IMG/VR virus record: IMGVR_UViG_3300031857_000029
Length of the DNA: 64,000 nucleotides
Origin: a virus
Reading direction: 5' to 3' (one strand)
In this document: positions 1 through 7,262 of the stretch, one piece after another
Position numbering within the stretch: position 1 is the stretch's first letter
Layout: each line of letters begins with the position of its first letter
The notes under the pieces: model-generated
Seen by the model: only the letters and a program-made list of their open reading frames with translations
Databases searched by the model: none
What the model was told of the DNA's origin: nothing
Program-made: the position numbers and the translations under genes

Positions 1-1
1 A

Positions 2-223
2 GTTGGTGTGGATTCATCTTATATAACAAATCGATTGACGATTAATTGGCCGTGGGTAGATACGGTCACTACCGTTAATTGTTGTTCATATAGCTATAAA
101 GGTTATGCGAAAAGCGTGTTTGGTGCATTTGAAATTATGCGAGGACAAACTGCAACTATCATAGCATCAACGAAAGTAGGAAAAAAAGTATTAGCAGATA
201 CTATAAAAATTGTTATGTATTAA
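2..223 (+). CDS. hypothetical protein, probably 5'-truncated by window edge
   Basis: Open frame from window start to TAA at 223; no recognisable motif. Confidence 0.5.
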   Translation, partial: VGVDSSYITNRLTINWPWVDTVTTVNCCSYSYKGYAKSVFGAFEIMRGQTATIIASTKVGKKVLADTIKIVMY

Positions 224-226
224 GTT

Positions 227-301
227 GGGGTGGTGGCGCAATTTGGTTAGCGCACCGCACTGTCACTGCGGTGGTTGCGGGTTCGAGTCCCGTCCATCCC
301 G
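227..301 (+). tRNA. tRNA-Asp(GTC)
   Basis: Acceptor GGGGTGG/CCATCCC, anticodon arm CCGCA-CTGTCAC-TGCGG, GGTTCGAGTCC T arm. Confidence 0.95.
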
Positions 302-325
302 TTCCCCTTGACGAAGGAGTGTATT

Positions 326-520
326 ATGAAGCGTGTATATTTGAGTAGTACCGAAAACAAAATCGCCGGAGTGTGTGGCGGATTCGCAGAAACACTAGGA
401 ATCGACCCAACACTTATCAGATTACTTTTCGTTGCCGCGTTTCTCTCCCCACTCCCTGCAGTAATTTTTTATCTCTTGTGTTGGATGGTTATTCCAAGAG
501 ATCCAGGTTACACCAAGTAA
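326..520 (+). CDS. pspC: PspC domain membrane protein
   Basis: KIAGVCGGFAETLGIDPTLIRLLF...YLLCWMVIP is the PspC signature; AAGGAG RBS before ATG 326. Confidence 0.9.
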   Translation: MKRVYLSSTENKIAGVCGGFAETLGIDPTLIRLLFVAAFLSPLPAVIFYLLCWMVIPRDPGYTK

Positions 521-523
521 GAC

Positions 524-597
524 GGCTGGGTAGCTCAGCTGGTTAGAGCACGGCACTCATAATGCCGGGGTCGCCGGTTCAAGTCCGGCCCCAGCTA
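524..597 (+). tRNA. tRNA-Met(CAT), probably elongator
   Basis: Cloverleaf, anticodon arm CGGCA-CTCATAA-TGCCG; paired 1-72. Confidence 0.9.
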
Positions 598-614
598 TTG
601 ACATAGGAGGATTT

Positions 615-806
615 ATGTATTATATTACTTACAATGGGGTAGTGACCCCACATCCGTATCAAACCCGTGAAGATGCGATTCATGAATTGAAGAGCACCTT
701 TGGTGACCTTGAACTTGATAAACACGATATTGCGTTTTGGCCAAGTGTATCAGCTCGGGGAAACACAAAGATTGAAATTAAACGATACGATGGTGAAATA
801 GAATAA
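615..806 (+). CDS. hypothetical protein
   Basis: AGGAGG RBS; 63-aa ORF filling the gap between two tRNAs. Confidence 0.7.
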   Translation: MYYITYNGVVTPHPYQTREDAIHELKSTFGDLELDKHDIAFWPSVSARGNTKIEIKRYDGEIE

Positions 807-890
807 GGGAGTGCCGCAGAGTTGGAGGACTGCAGCAGACTGTAAATCTGCCGTCAATAGACCTAGTTGGTTCGAATCCATCCACTCCCA
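807..890 (+). tRNA. tRNA-Tyr(GTA)
   Basis: GCAGA-CTGTAAA-TCTGC anticodon arm, long variable arm, acceptor GGGAGTG/CACTCCC. Confidence 0.9.
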
Positions 891-893
891 TAT

Positions 894-967
894 ACACCAG
901 TAGCTCAGCTGGTTAGAGCATTCGTCTGATACACGAAAGGTCGCTAGTTCAACTCTAGCCTGGTGTA
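894..967 (+). tRNA. tRNA-Ile(GAT)
   Basis: TTCGT-CTGATAC-ACGAA; acceptor ACACCAG/CTGGTGT. Confidence 0.92.
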
Positions 968-970
968 CTT

Positions 971-1044
971 GCTCTTGTGGCGTAATTGGATAGCGCAATT
1001 GATTTCTACTCAATGGGTTGGGGGTTCGAGTCCCTCCAGGAGCG
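971..1044 (+). tRNA. tRNA-Arg(TCT)
   Basis: ATTGA-TTTCTAC-TCAAT; acceptor GCTCTTG/CAGGAGC. Confidence 0.92.
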
Positions 1045-1049
1045 CTTAT

Positions 1050-1123
1050 GGTGATTGTAGCTCAGCTGGTAGAGCAGCGGATTGTGGTTCCGCGGGTCGC
1101 GGGTTCGAGCCCCGTCATTCACC
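1050..1123 (+). tRNA. tRNA-His(GTG)
   Basis: GCGGA-TTGTGGT-TCCGC; encoded G-1 and C73. Confidence 0.92.
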
Positions 1124-1128
1124 CCTCC

Positions 1129-1201
1129 GCTTACATAGCTCAGTTGGTAGAGCACCACTTTGGTAAAGTGGAGGTCACCAGTTCAATCCTGGTTGTAAGC
1201 T
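1129..1201 (+). tRNA. tRNA-Thr(GGT)
   Basis: CCACT-TTGGTAA-AGTGG; acceptor GCTTACA/TGTAAGC. Confidence 0.93.
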
Positions 1202-1202
1202 T

Positions 1203-1427
1203 ATGAAACTAACTGATGCTGAAAATCATAAAAAATTAACGGTTATAGAACTTCACGATACGCCATATGAACAGAAATTGCGTATACTAGGATTCAAAGA
1301 AGGTTGTGAAGTATGTCCGTTGACGAATAATGGTTCTTCTATGATTGTTGGTGTTGATAATTGTAGATATGCAATAGGAAAAGAAATTACAGACTGTATT
1401 TTAGTAGAACAATTACCGCCCTTATAG
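1203..1427 (+). CDS. feoA: FeoA-family (SH3-like) ferrous iron transport protein
   Basis: 74 aa; KLRILGFKEGCEV...MIVGVDNCRYAIGKEITDCILVE matches the FeoA pattern (RL..LG...G..V...RYAL....A..I.V). Confidence 0.8.
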   Translation: MKLTDAENHKKLTVIELHDTPYEQKLRILGFKEGCEVCPLTNNGSSMIVGVDNCRYAIGKEITDCILVEQLPPL

Positions 1428-1490
1428 TTCAATTGGATAGAGCACTAGTCTTCGGAACTAGGAATGTGGGTTCGAGTCCTGCTAGGGGCA
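1418..1490 (+). tRNA. tRNA-Arg(TCG)
   Basis: CTAGT-CTTCGGA-ACTAG; acceptor GCCCTTA/TAGGGGC. Confidence 0.9.
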
Positions 1491-1498
1491 TGTAAATT

Positions 1499-1705
1499 AT
1501 GAAAAATAAAATTCAATATAACACAGACAATCTTGTAATCGTAGATACACCCACAGAACAATGGCAGATGGAGATTACAGAATATAATAAACGTGGATAT
1601 TCGGAAAAGATAATAAGCGAAATGACTGACGAAGAGTTTATAGAACAAGGTTGGAAATGGATACGTGGAGATTGGGCATGGGAAGGAATGGGACACTGGC
1701 CTTGA
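1499..1705 (+). CDS. hypothetical protein, Trp-rich C-terminus
   Basis: 68-aa ORF between tRNAs. Confidence 0.6.
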   Translation: MKNKIQYNTDNLVIVDTPTEQWQMEITEYNKRGYSEKIISEMTDEEFIEQGWKWIRGDWAWEGMGHWP

Positions 1706-1730
1706 CAAAAAAATAATAAGTTAATATATT
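1702..1730 (+). promoter_or_regulatory. sigma70-type promoter
   Basis: TTGACA-N17-TATATT just upstream of tRNA-Pro. Confidence 0.75.
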
Positions 1731-1740
1731 TAGTGTATTA

Positions 1741-1813
1741 CGGGGAGTAGCTCAGTTGGTAGAGTGCACGCTTTGGGAGCGTGATGTCGCAGGTTCGAGT
1801 CCTGTCTCCCCGA
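1741..1813 (+). tRNA. tRNA-Pro(TGG)
   Basis: CACGC-TTTGGGA-GCGTG; acceptor CGGGGAG/CTCCCCG. Confidence 0.95.
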
Positions 1814-1834
1814 CTAACTCATAAAACGGTTGAT

Positions 1835-2854
1835 ATGATAGAAAAACTTACACGGTATACAATATTTAATTCAAATAATTCGTGGATATTGACCACGGAG
1901 AAAATAGCATCTTCTTGGTTAAAAGGACAATTTGACTTTAATTATACAGAAATATTCATAGATAGTTACACATATGAACTACGTCACATAAAAAGAGATT
2001 CATACCTAGACGTTTCTGAATCGGTACACAATGAGTTACAAGTAAAGTTTTCGCATGATTGGAATAAATTTGTAAACGGAAGTAATGAATATAATTTTAT
2101 ATTTTTTATTAGAAATCCAGTTAACAAATTTATGACAGGATGGGTTCAAGATTTCGTTATTAGAAAATTGAACGTTGGGTTTATTGAGCAAGAAATAGAA
2201 AGGTTATCCAAACATTTTTATCACAAAGATGTAGATAAATTTATTAACTACGCGTTAAAAGAAAAGCAAGAGGGTGGTGACAGATTCCCAGAAGTAGATT
2301 CTATACCATTTGAATTTAAAAACATTTTTAAAGAATTTTGTTTTCCTTCTAGACATCACGAAAACTTTTTCCATACTGAAGCAAGCGTTTTAATAGAACA
2401 TACAAGGTCTGGGCACATACCAGAAAATTTGTATCTGCTGTGGAAATTGTTATTCAAGAAACCATTTGAATTTAATAATGATAATTTGTATGTCTTGGAC
2501 ATTGATTTGGAAGATACTAAGTCTGTACTAGAAAATAAATTTAATATTCCAGCAAATAAAGATGTTGACAAATACGTTAGACATCCATATTTTAAAACTA
2601 GGACTTATGATTATTTATCAAAAGAATATGTTATCATAAATGCTTTGTTAGAAACAGAAATATTTTTTTGGTTTGAAATAGTTTCTAAGTTATATCCATC
2701 AATATCGCAATTTGCATCAACCTCTGTACCAAAATATAAAGAGAGATTTTATATACCCAATGAGTTAGAGTTTTATGATTTAGAAACTCATATGAACTGG
2801 TGGAAATATGAACCGCCCGAAACTTGGTTAAAATACACAAAAAATACATTATGA
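1835..2854 (+). CDS. putative sulfotransferase-family protein
   Basis: EKIASSWL resembles the 5'-PSB loop (K.ASTS) and FFIRNPVNKFMTGW the 3'-PB motif (F.R.P..R..S.Y) of Sulfotransfer_2 proteins; start moved to ATG 1835 past the tRNA. Confidence 0.5.
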   Translation: MIEKLTRYTIFNSNNSWILTTEKIASSWLKGQFDFNYTEIFIDSYTYELRHIKRDSYLDVSESVHNELQVKFSHDWNKFVNGSNEYNFIFFIRNPVNKFMTGWVQDFVIRKLNVGFIEQEIERLSKHFYHKDVDKFINYALKEKQEGGDRFPEVDSIPFEFKNIFKEFCFPSRHHENFFHTEASVLIEHTRSGHIPENLYLLWKLLFKKPFEFNNDNLYVLDIDLEDTKSVLENKFNIPANKDVDKYVRHPYFKTRTYDYLSKEYVIINALLETEIFFWFEIVSKLYPSISQFASTSVPKYKERFYIPNELEFYDLETHMNWWKYEPPETWLKYTKNTL

Positions 2855-3003
2855 AAAGTAAAGATAGACTTCCAACAATTATTGCAGTAACAGCGCTGAT
2901 TATTTATTTGGTGTTTCTTTTCGTCATAACACGGTCCAGTACAGAGGAACCACTGGAAGGTGGAGATATTCAGCGAGCAATAGAAACAGACCAATACAAG
3001 TAA
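2851..3003 (+). CDS. small single-TM membrane protein (50 aa)
   Basis: MKSKDRLPTIIAVTALIIYLVFLFVITRS...; ATGA overlap with the upstream stop. Confidence 0.6.
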   Translation: MKSKDRLPTIIAVTALIIYLVFLFVITRSSTEEPLEGGDIQRAIETDQYK

Positions 3004-3006
3004 GTT

Positions 3007-3081
3007 GGGCGGGTGGCAGAGAGGCCCAATGCAAGAGTCTGCAAAACTCTAAAACCGCGGGTTCGAATCCCGCCTCGCCCT
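3007..3081 (+). tRNA. tRNA-Cys(GCA)
   Basis: AGAGT-CTGCAAA-ACTCT; U73. Confidence 0.93.
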
Positions 3082-3089
3082 TTTATACT

Positions 3090-3362
3090 ATGGTACCAAA
3101 ATACATAATTAAAACTCCTGTATATCAATACGCAAAATCATATTATCATATAGACGTATTAGATGGTAGATATGAAGGATTACAATTTAATTTTTCAAAA
3201 ATTGAAATAATTAATGATGGTGAGGATAAAAAGTTAAGTTTTCAATATAATTTATTAAGTATTCCGCAGGAAATTGAAGTAGATGAAGAACTTGAACAAG
3301 TAGTTAGTGATATATTACAACACATTATTGAAAGAGGTTATTATGAATTTGACACCAAATGA
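3090..3362 (+). CDS. hypothetical phage protein
   Basis: 90-aa ORF coupled to the next gene. Confidence 0.65.
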   Translation: MVPKYIIKTPVYQYAKSYYHIDVLDGRYEGLQFNFSKIEIINDGEDKKLSFQYNLLSIPQEIEVDEELEQVVSDILQHIIERGYYEFDTK

Positions 3363-3597
3363 TAAGTTGAAGTTAGAAGGAGCACTGAAAGATATGTCTA
3401 CTTCTATGACCAGAGTAGAAGCAGAACGTGACCTTCAAAAGAATATTATTGGAGATATTTGCGAAGAACTCAATCTCAACAAGAAGGTATTCCGTAAGTT
3501 AGCCAAGGTGTACCACAAGCAGAACTTTGATGACGAAGTAAATACCCATCACGAATTTGAGAAGTTATACGAGACTGTAACTAACAAGTCCAAGTAA
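3343..3597 (+). CDS. T4 DsbA-like dsDNA-binding protein
   Basis: S.SMTRVEAERDLQKNII..I.EEL.L.KK.FRKLAKVYHKQNFD is typical of the T4-like DsbA family; GAGG RBS. Confidence 0.75.
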   Translation: MNLTPNDKLKLEGALKDMSTSMTRVEAERDLQKNIIGDICEELNLNKKVFRKLAKVYHKQNFDDEVNTHHEFEKLYETVTNKSK

Positions 3598-3605
3598 AGT
3601 AGTTG

Positions 3606-3690
3606 GGACAGTTGGCTGAGTGGTCTAAAGCAGGAGATTACTAATCTCTCGTACCGAAAGGTACCGTGGGTTCGAATCCTACACTGTCCG
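3606..3690 (+). tRNA. tRNA-Ser with ACT anticodon
   Basis: Long variable arm GTACC-GAAA-GGTAC, G73, anticodon arm GGAGA-TTACTAA-TCTCT. Confidence 0.9.
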
Positions 3691-3715
3691 TTCACCATTC
3701 ATAATAGGAGATATT

Positions 3716-3826
3716 ATGACAATTCGTAAATCACATTCACGTAAAATAAAGGCAAAGGGTGGCGGAACCAGACGAGTTACTGTTAAATCCGCATTTGTTA
3801 AAACTGGTAAGAAGAAACGTAAGTAA
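3716..3826 (+). CDS. small basic protein (36 aa)
   Basis: AGGAG RBS; MTIRKSHSRKIKAKGGGTRRVTVKSAFVKTGKKKRK. Confidence 0.65.
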   Translation: MTIRKSHSRKIKAKGGGTRRVTVKSAFVKTGKKKRK

Positions 3827-3879
3827 TTAATAATATGTAAAAATTGTCAAATTTATACAAAAATTACATATTATTAATT
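3825..3879. repeat. perfect 16-bp AT-rich inverted repeat
   Basis: AATTAATAATATGTAA (3825-3840) / TTACATATTATTAATT (3864-3879). Confidence 0.85.
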
Positions 3880-3904
3880 TAAATACTATATATTAAGGTG
3901 GGAC

Positions 3905-3933
3905 TTGACAAGCAGGCTCTCTTTGTATATCTT
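3905..3933 (+). promoter_or_regulatory. sigma70-type promoter
   Basis: TTGACA-N17-TATCTT. Confidence 0.65.
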
Positions 3934-3939
3934 TAAGGT

Positions 3940-4154
3940 GTTGAGTGTTTGACAAGTGAAGGGAAGTAGTTATGGAACTATCCGGGGTCGGACAACCCCC
4001 CGCTCCATTTGACCCCTCGTTGTTGAGATGCCACCATAACGGCACGGGGAAGTTTCCGACGAGAAGCGCTGTCAATTGCTGAGACAAACATATAGTGAGG
4101 ATGACACTATATGATAATAGATAGGTTCCTCCCTAACCCAATGGGAGGATTTTT
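3940..4154 (+). ncRNA. candidate structured ncRNA (unknown family)
   Basis: GC-rich stretch with no + strand ORF between a promoter and a terminator-like hairpin; multiple stems (see findings). Confidence 0.55.
4127..4154 (+). terminator. intrinsic terminator-like hairpin
   Basis: TCCTCCC/GGGAGGA stem followed by TTTTT. Confidence 0.6.
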
Positions 4155-4168
4155 CATCTCTAGGAGTT

Positions 4169-4252
4169 GCTCCTGTGGTGGAATCGGTATACACAACAGA
4201 CTTAAAATCTGTCGGCCTTACGGTCTTGCGAGTTCGAGTCTCGCCGGGAGCA
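4169..4252 (+). tRNA. tRNA-Leu(TAA)
   Basis: ACAGA-CTTAAAA-TCTGT, long variable arm. Confidence 0.93.
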
Positions 4253-4268
4253 TGGTTATAAAATAGAA

Positions 4269-4341
4269 GGGCCTGTAGCTCAGCTGGGAGAGCGCCTGAT
4301 TTGCATTCAGGAGGTCATCGGTTCGATCCCGTTCAGGTCCA
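4269..4341 (+). tRNA. tRNA-Ala(TGC)
   Basis: CCTGA-TTTGCAT-TCAGG; G3:U70. Confidence 0.95.
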
Positions 4342-4342
4342 C

Positions 4343-4371
4343 TTGACAAACATCCCTTAGTGTAGTATACT
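4343..4371 (+). promoter_or_regulatory. sigma70-type promoter
   Basis: TTGACA-N17-TATACT. Confidence 0.8.
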
Positions 4372-4381
4372 TAAGAAGTAC

Positions 4382-4455
4382 GCTCCTATAGTGTCAACGG
4401 TTAGCACAAGAGACTTTTAATCTTTTAGGTCTAGGTTCGAATCCTAGTGGGAGCA
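4382..4455 (+). tRNA. tRNA-Lys(TTT)
   Basis: AGAGA-CTTTTAA-TCTTT. Confidence 0.92.
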
Positions 4456-4458
4456 TAA

Positions 4459-4532
4459 CCGCGAGTAGCTAAATGGTGAAGGCAGCCGCCTTATATGCGG
4501 AAGATATGGGGGTTCAAGTCCCTCCTCGCGGA
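4459..4532 (+). tRNA. tRNA-Ile(TAT)
   Basis: Acceptor CCGCGAG/CTCGCGG, anticodon arm CCGC-CTTATAT-GCGG, A73. Confidence 0.82.
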
Positions 4533-4537
4533 CTGTC

Positions 4538-4611
4538 GGGCCGTTAGCTCAGTCGGTTAGAGCACGCGACTCATAATCGTGCGGTCCTGGGTTCAAGTCC
4601 CAGACGGCCCA
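4538..4611 (+). tRNA. tRNA(CAT), probably Ile2 (lysidine type)
   Basis: CGCGA-CTCATAA-TCGTG; GGGCC acceptor start resembles Ile2 tRNAs; Met not excluded. Confidence 0.8.
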
Positions 4612-4639
4612 TTTTCCATAAAATTCAGAATAAATACAG

Positions 4640-4668
4640 TCCAACGTGATATTTATATTTACGTTGGA
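4640..4668 (+). promoter_or_regulatory. hairpin with putative late-promoter motif TATTTATA in its loop
   Basis: TCCAACGT/ACGTTGGA arms, T tract after; same motif precedes structural operons. Confidence 0.55.
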
Positions 4669-4722
4669 TTTTTGTATTTTAATGGTTCTTTGTAATTGTC
4701 TACGTCAACAAACGGAGCTTTT

Positions 4723-5208
4723 ATGAAGAACCATTTTTATGCCGCATGGGGTGCTTGGTGGTTACTAATTACGCCACTCCCAGCCCAAGAAAAAGAAATA
4801 TTTGTTGAAAAGGTGACCAATTCTGTCGTGATTGGTCCAGTAGCAGGAAATCGTGGTCTTGAATTTGGGGTAAAAAATATCCTTGAAGAATTCCTACTGG
4901 AAAAGGAATACAATCTTAATCCAAAATCACCAGCACGACTTCAAGTTGAAATTATATTCTTGGATGTACTGACCACCAAAAAGAATGTCTCCGTGTTCCA
5001 TTCAAACGCAGAAACGGTTGTTATACGGTTGCGTGGAACAATGGTTGTTAATGGTAAGAAGGGGAAACCCGTGGTTGTTGAAGAAAGTTCTTCGGAAATT
5101 TCTATGTCTACTTTGTTGATTGACGAAGGCGGCAAATTCAACCAAACAAGTCTCTCAAACGCCTTAAAAAAATCTTGTGAGAGCTTGATTAACAAACTAT
5201 CGGAGTAA
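4723..5208 (+). CDS. exported CsgG-like alpha/beta protein (paralog of 8748..9509)
   Basis: Signal-like N-terminus; shares GV.NI..E.L and KFNQ....A/T.KK..E motifs with the 8748 protein; GGAG RBS. Confidence 0.55.
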   Translation: MKNHFYAAWGAWWLLITPLPAQEKEIFVEKVTNSVVIGPVAGNRGLEFGVKNILEEFLLEKEYNLNPKSPARLQVEIIFLDVLTTKKNVSVFHSNAETVVIRLRGTMVVNGKKGKPVVVEESSSEISMSTLLIDEGGKFNQTSLSNALKKSCESLINKLSE

Positions 5209-5209
5209 T

Positions 5210-7255
5210 ATGAAAAAACTATTGACGGCAGTTCTTCTACTTCTGCCTATTTTCAAAGTAGAAGCGCAACCCGCGCTTTGGTGGGGTGCAAACACCATTA
5301 CAACTAATACAAATGGTGGTGCAATCGTAAAGAATGATACAATTTCTTTGGAAGTAAAGTTGAACCCCAACTTTTCTACCATTCGTTCTGTGTTCTTTGA
5401 TTTTCAACATCAAAAAGATGCCATCACATTGTTGGATGTGCAATCAGGTGCAGGTATTCCGCAAGGAGCCAATTTCACCTACACCAACTACTATTATCCT
5501 AACTGTAAGTTCAACAGAACTGCAACTAACACCACCGATAATGCTTGGAACAATTATATGAATGCGCAATACACTTGTAACGCATCAACTGTTCCCTATC
5601 ATGCCATCAATCGTATTCAAGTGAATGTGTCCAGTGCGCAAAACTTGGACCACGCTACATACATCAAACTCCGTTTTAGAATTGCCAAGACGGATGCGGG
5701 GTTTCCATACGATTCCGTATACATGAACTTTGCTGTTGGATATGATGTAAATGGTGGAACTATGACCAATACACAAAACGTTGGGGCAAAGGGTGTCTGG
5801 ATTAATTTAGCACCAAACGCAAATAATTTGATTGTTGGTGAAGTAAAACATAGTGCAAATACTACCGCAGGATTGAAAAATTTGATGCGGTTGTCTATTA
5901 CTGATACATTGGTACAACCCACAGAAGTTGCTAATGCAGCGGTGGGTGGAAACGGACAGTTTGCTTTTGCACAACAATTGCAAGTGAACTCACCATACAA
6001 GTTCCGATTAGTATTACCAGCAGATAGTTTGGCACCCTTGAGTTTGGCAGCAACCACTATCTCTGACTTTACCGCAGCACAACAAGAATGGATTACCCAA
6101 AATCTTGACCGTACATTTAAGAACAACAACATCAACAAGGGTATGAAGTATTGGGCAGCAGATGTCAATAATGATGGTGTATTTGATGGTGGGGATGTTC
6201 AAGTGTTATTCAACGCCGTAACTGGATTGGATACCATTATGGCACCACCAGCAGGATGTGCAGCAAACTGTAGTATCAGTATTCCATTGTTCCACGGTGC
6301 AGATTACGACAACACACCATTGACCAATTGGAATGATTTGATGACAGGCAAGACCATTGATATCATTCCAGGTGAAGTGGAATATGCCATCATCAATCTC
6401 AATGGATATGGAGCAGGTCAATCCAGATTCTATGTGGATATGCGTGAATTCCCAGCAGGGGTCACACCTTCATCTGTGAAGTGGATGAATATTCTTGATG
6501 TGTATAACGGACCTGTCACCTTTATGTCAAGTGATGCAAGTTGGGCATTCTATAAGATTGCGTCAAGTTTCACCAAAGCAACAAATGGAACATCAGCATT
6601 CAATAATAATATTAGAAATGTCAATAATCAAAATGTAGATTACGCACTTCGCATCAATGCAAAGTTAAGTAATAAAACATCAGGATACGTTCACGCACGA
6701 ACCACTACAAGTGAACAAACCCTTGACCTTCGTTACGCATTGAAGGGTGATGTGAACCTATCACATTCTTCATTGGTCACAGAACAACAAGCAGCGATTT
6801 ACGGTTGGGGTAATTTGGTGGTTCCAAGTGGTCAAAGTATTGATACAAAGGTCAACAACGTAGTAGTTACAGGTGATACTATTAACATTCCTTTCAATGT
6901 AGATACAAAGGGTATCGTATTATCTGGTTTACAATATGAAGTCAAGTATGACCCAACATTGGTGAAGTTTGTGAAAATGAATATTGATACTCCAAGTTGG
7001 GTATCGTTCGTTCATCCAATGGTGGACGGAACTGTTCGTTTTGGTGCAGTTGATAAAGATTTAAAGAACCCATTAACAGGAGCAAATCTCACCCCATTCA
7101 AGTTACAACTCGTAGCATTGAAGGCTGGTGTAGACCTAAACACCTCTGTGGTTTTGACACAGGTTATGGACGCAGCAGATAATAAGGGTAATCAGGTTGG
7201 TATTAACCTTTCCTCTACTGTAATCCGTTTGGTCGGTATCAGTAACTTTCGATAG
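5210..7255 (+). CDS. secreted cohesin/dockerin-domain protein
   Basis: Signal peptide (..KVEA/Q); dockerin-like AADVNNDGVFDGGDV and KGDVNLS; C-terminal cohesin-like GDTINIPFNVD..LSGLQYEVKYDPTLVKF; N-terminal cohesin-like segment. Confidence 0.7.
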   Translation: MKKLLTAVLLLLPIFKVEAQPALWWGANTITTNTNGGAIVKNDTISLEVKLNPNFSTIRSVFFDFQHQKDAITLLDVQSGAGIPQGANFTYTNYYYPNCKFNRTATNTTDNAWNNYMNAQYTCNASTVPYHAINRIQVNVSSAQNLDHATYIKLRFRIAKTDAGFPYDSVYMNFAVGYDVNGGTMTNTQNVGAKGVWINLAPNANNLIVGEVKHSANTTAGLKNLMRLSITDTLVQPTEVANAAVGGNGQFAFAQQLQVNSPYKFRLVLPADSLAPLSLAATTISDFTAAQQEWITQNLDRTFKNNNINKGMKYWAADVNNDGVFDGGDVQVLFNAVTGLDTIMAPPAGCAANCSISIPLFHGADYDNTPLTNWNDLMTGKTIDIIPGEVEYAIINLNGYGAGQSRFYVDMREFPAGVTPSSVKWMNILDVYNGPVTFMSSDASWAFYKIASSFTKATNGTSAFNNNIRNVNNQNVDYALRINAKLSNKTSGYVHARTTTSEQTLDLRYALKGDVNLSHSSLVTEQQAAIYGWGNLVVPSGQSIDTKVNNVVVTGDTINIPFNVDTKGIVLSGLQYEVKYDPTLVKFVKMNIDTPSWVSFVHPMVDGTVRFGAVDKDLKNPLTGANLTPFKLQLVALKAGVDLNTSVVLTQVMDAADNKGNQVGINLSSTVIRLVGISNFR

Positions 7256-7262
7256 GAGCAAT

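Noticed and set aside
971-1044. Amber suppressor tRNA (CTA) and stop-codon recoding
   Set aside because: The 7-nt loop TTTCTAC centres on TCT (Arg); long genes translate intact in the standard code and TAG/TGA act as normal stops.
750-1206. ORFs 750..1013(-), 963..1166 and 1018..1206
   Set aside because: They overlap clear tRNA genes; spurious.
3940-4154. RNase P, SRP or 6S RNA identity for the ncRNA candidate
   Set aside because: No GAGGAAAGUCC/P4 motif, no SRP domain IV motif, and not a single long bulged hairpin.
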